Of a stretch of 64,000 nt of DNA, positions 62,439 through 64,000 are shown one piece after another. Each line of letters opens with the position of its first letter. Positions within the stretch are counted from its first letter, which is position 1. A program made the translations under genes and the position numbers. This stretch comes from Mizuhopecten yessoensis (lineage: Eukaryota). The stretch spans positions 1,707,038-1,771,037 of the forward strand of contig NW_018406415.1 of the NCBI RefSeq assembly GCF_002113885.1, read 5' to 3'. The notes under the pieces are model-generated. The model was not told the origin of the DNA, made no database searches, and saw only the letters and a program-made list of their open reading frames with translations.

Positions 62439-63767
62439 AACTTACGGCAATACCGTATTAGTCCTTATGAAAACGCCTGTAATAATGATAGCAACGTAGT
62501 TGAGCCTCAATCATTCAGCCAATCTCATTTCTAGAAAAGATGCGTGGTCAATTTTAAGGGCTGCTTTATTAGGATGCGTTTGGGTAAAAAAAAGCAAACC
62601 GACAAATGGTGAACCTGTCGTTCTTTGTTAAGCAATACAATCATATGGAAATTGATAAAATAGAAATTTGAAAAAGCTGTTCCAGGAAGTTCCAAGACAT
62701 AATTATAGTTGAACAACCGCAACATCATCTGAAGGTCATGCGACCACCTTTCCAATGGTCAAGGAAACGTGCCTCAAGTAACCAGGGGCTAAATCAGAGG
62801 AACAGTCACCTCCACACATGTACTAGTACGTGTCCTTGTAAGAGAAAATCACCAAAACTTATGGTAAACTTAGAGATATGTAAAACAGAAGAACATAAAT
62901 CTAACTAACAAAACAAGATGGTGTGTCAAATCGATCCTTACAAGAGCATGTACGGTAAGCATTATGTATTTCGTGCATGACTTTTGTATACACATGAAAA
63001 AAGGATTAATTTCTCAGAATAGGTTCCGTCATCGCCTACCAGACACATTGGGTGCAGTCCGTTATCTCTCTACAGGCGAATAGTCCAGATGATATATTTG
63101 TGTTTGCAATCCATAAGTTGACGCCTACTGTATCGATACAGTACGTCGATATGTATTTCATATGATCCGTCATACATTGGTATAATTTTGTGCAGACGAT
63201 GTCTGTTCATACTATGTTAAAATATTTAGGGATGAGTGAACTGTCCCTTTCGATAAGACATCGCCTGGCATACTCGCAATAATTTGGCTTAAGTTCCTGG
63301 TATTAAAACTTGAAAACAGAAATATGTTAAACATGTAATTGTATCATTTTATATAATTACATTGCAGTCATGTGTTCCACCCATGGCGACATCAGAAAGA
63401 GGACAACAGCAGATATGACACCGTAGACTTCGAGATGACATTTTGACGTCACATTGAGCGGCGTTGATGATTGGTCAGAACAAATATCCTGTGATGTGGT
63501 TTCAGGATCCAGTAGTTTCCGTTCACGAAAATGAAAAAAAGACATTTTTGTTCCTCTCATTCGTCCACACATCAGAAGAAAATAAAGACTCACTGTACGA
63601 CTTGAGTTTGTGTGATCATTAGATGTATACACATCATTTCACGTATACCAATCATTGTTAGCACTGAAGTCAATGTCCTGGCTCCATGCGGTACCAGAGG
63701 AAAGAACACGTGAAATTGATAAATTAATTACAATAAAAAGTGAATGTATTGTGATGTTAATTACATG

Positions 63768-64000
63768 TCACACTGTCTGACTCGTGCCGGCAGAACCCTC
63801 TGCGCCAGTACCAGTACCAATGTATTTTGATGTTTCGCTCGTGGCGACATACTTCTTGCTCACTTCAGTAATTTCAGCAGGTTTTAGTACGTCGTCGCAA
63901 TGAAAGATACTTTTAAATTCCTTTCGGAATGCTTTGTTGAAGAATCCATATATAATTGGATTCTGACCCGTATTTGCTAAAGCTATGATGATCGTGATGG
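63768..64000 (-). CDS. Rhodopsin-class (class A) GPCR, TM7, helix 8 and C-tail; probably a neuropeptide receptor; 5' part outside the window
   Basis: Frame from 63998 reads ITIIIALANTGQNPIIYGFFNKAFRKEFKSIFHC...SAGTSQTV*. It contains NPxxY, the helix-8 FR motif and a downstream Cys. It is missing from the ORF track because no start codon lies in the window. Confidence 0.85.
   Translation of the reverse strand, partial: ITIIIALANTGQNPIIYGFFNKAFRKEFKSIFHCDDVLKPAEITEVSKKYVATSETSKYIGTGTGAEGSAGTSQTV

Noticed and set aside
63357-63632. 91-aa ORF downstream of the GPCR stop
   Set aside because: No motif or convincing splice link; likely GPCR 3' UTR.

Overview
AT-rich, intron-rich animal genomic DNA, most likely a bivalve mollusc (inferred from the repeat families). 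There are three single-N assembly gaps (4949, 17093, 19795). Spliced genes reconstructed by hand with GT-AG boundaries and consistent phases: a CYYR1/Shisa-like membrane protein (-, 4 exons), a secreted lipocalin with the RBP4/purpurin 6-Cys pattern (+, 2 exons), two tandem signal-peptide-less amidase-type PGRPs (-, 3 coding exons each), a 17-exon SLC18 vesicular amine transporter (-), and the 3' end of a rhodopsin-class GPCR (-) at the right edge. The PGRPs lie in a ~9 kb tandem duplication that also left a lipocalin pseudo-exon. The SLC18 has Gln in place of the TM11 Asp, the hallmark of the orphan transporter portabella; this is the most interesting signal. Mobile DNA includes a decayed Ty3/Gypsy element with both LTRs, TSD, PBS and PPT plus an unusual internal inverted duplication, a Crypton-like element, LINE 3' fragments, two SINE families, Helentron-like satellite-bearing elements, several MITEs, minisatellites and a candidate minimal hammerhead ribozyme. 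All alignments and identities are by eye.
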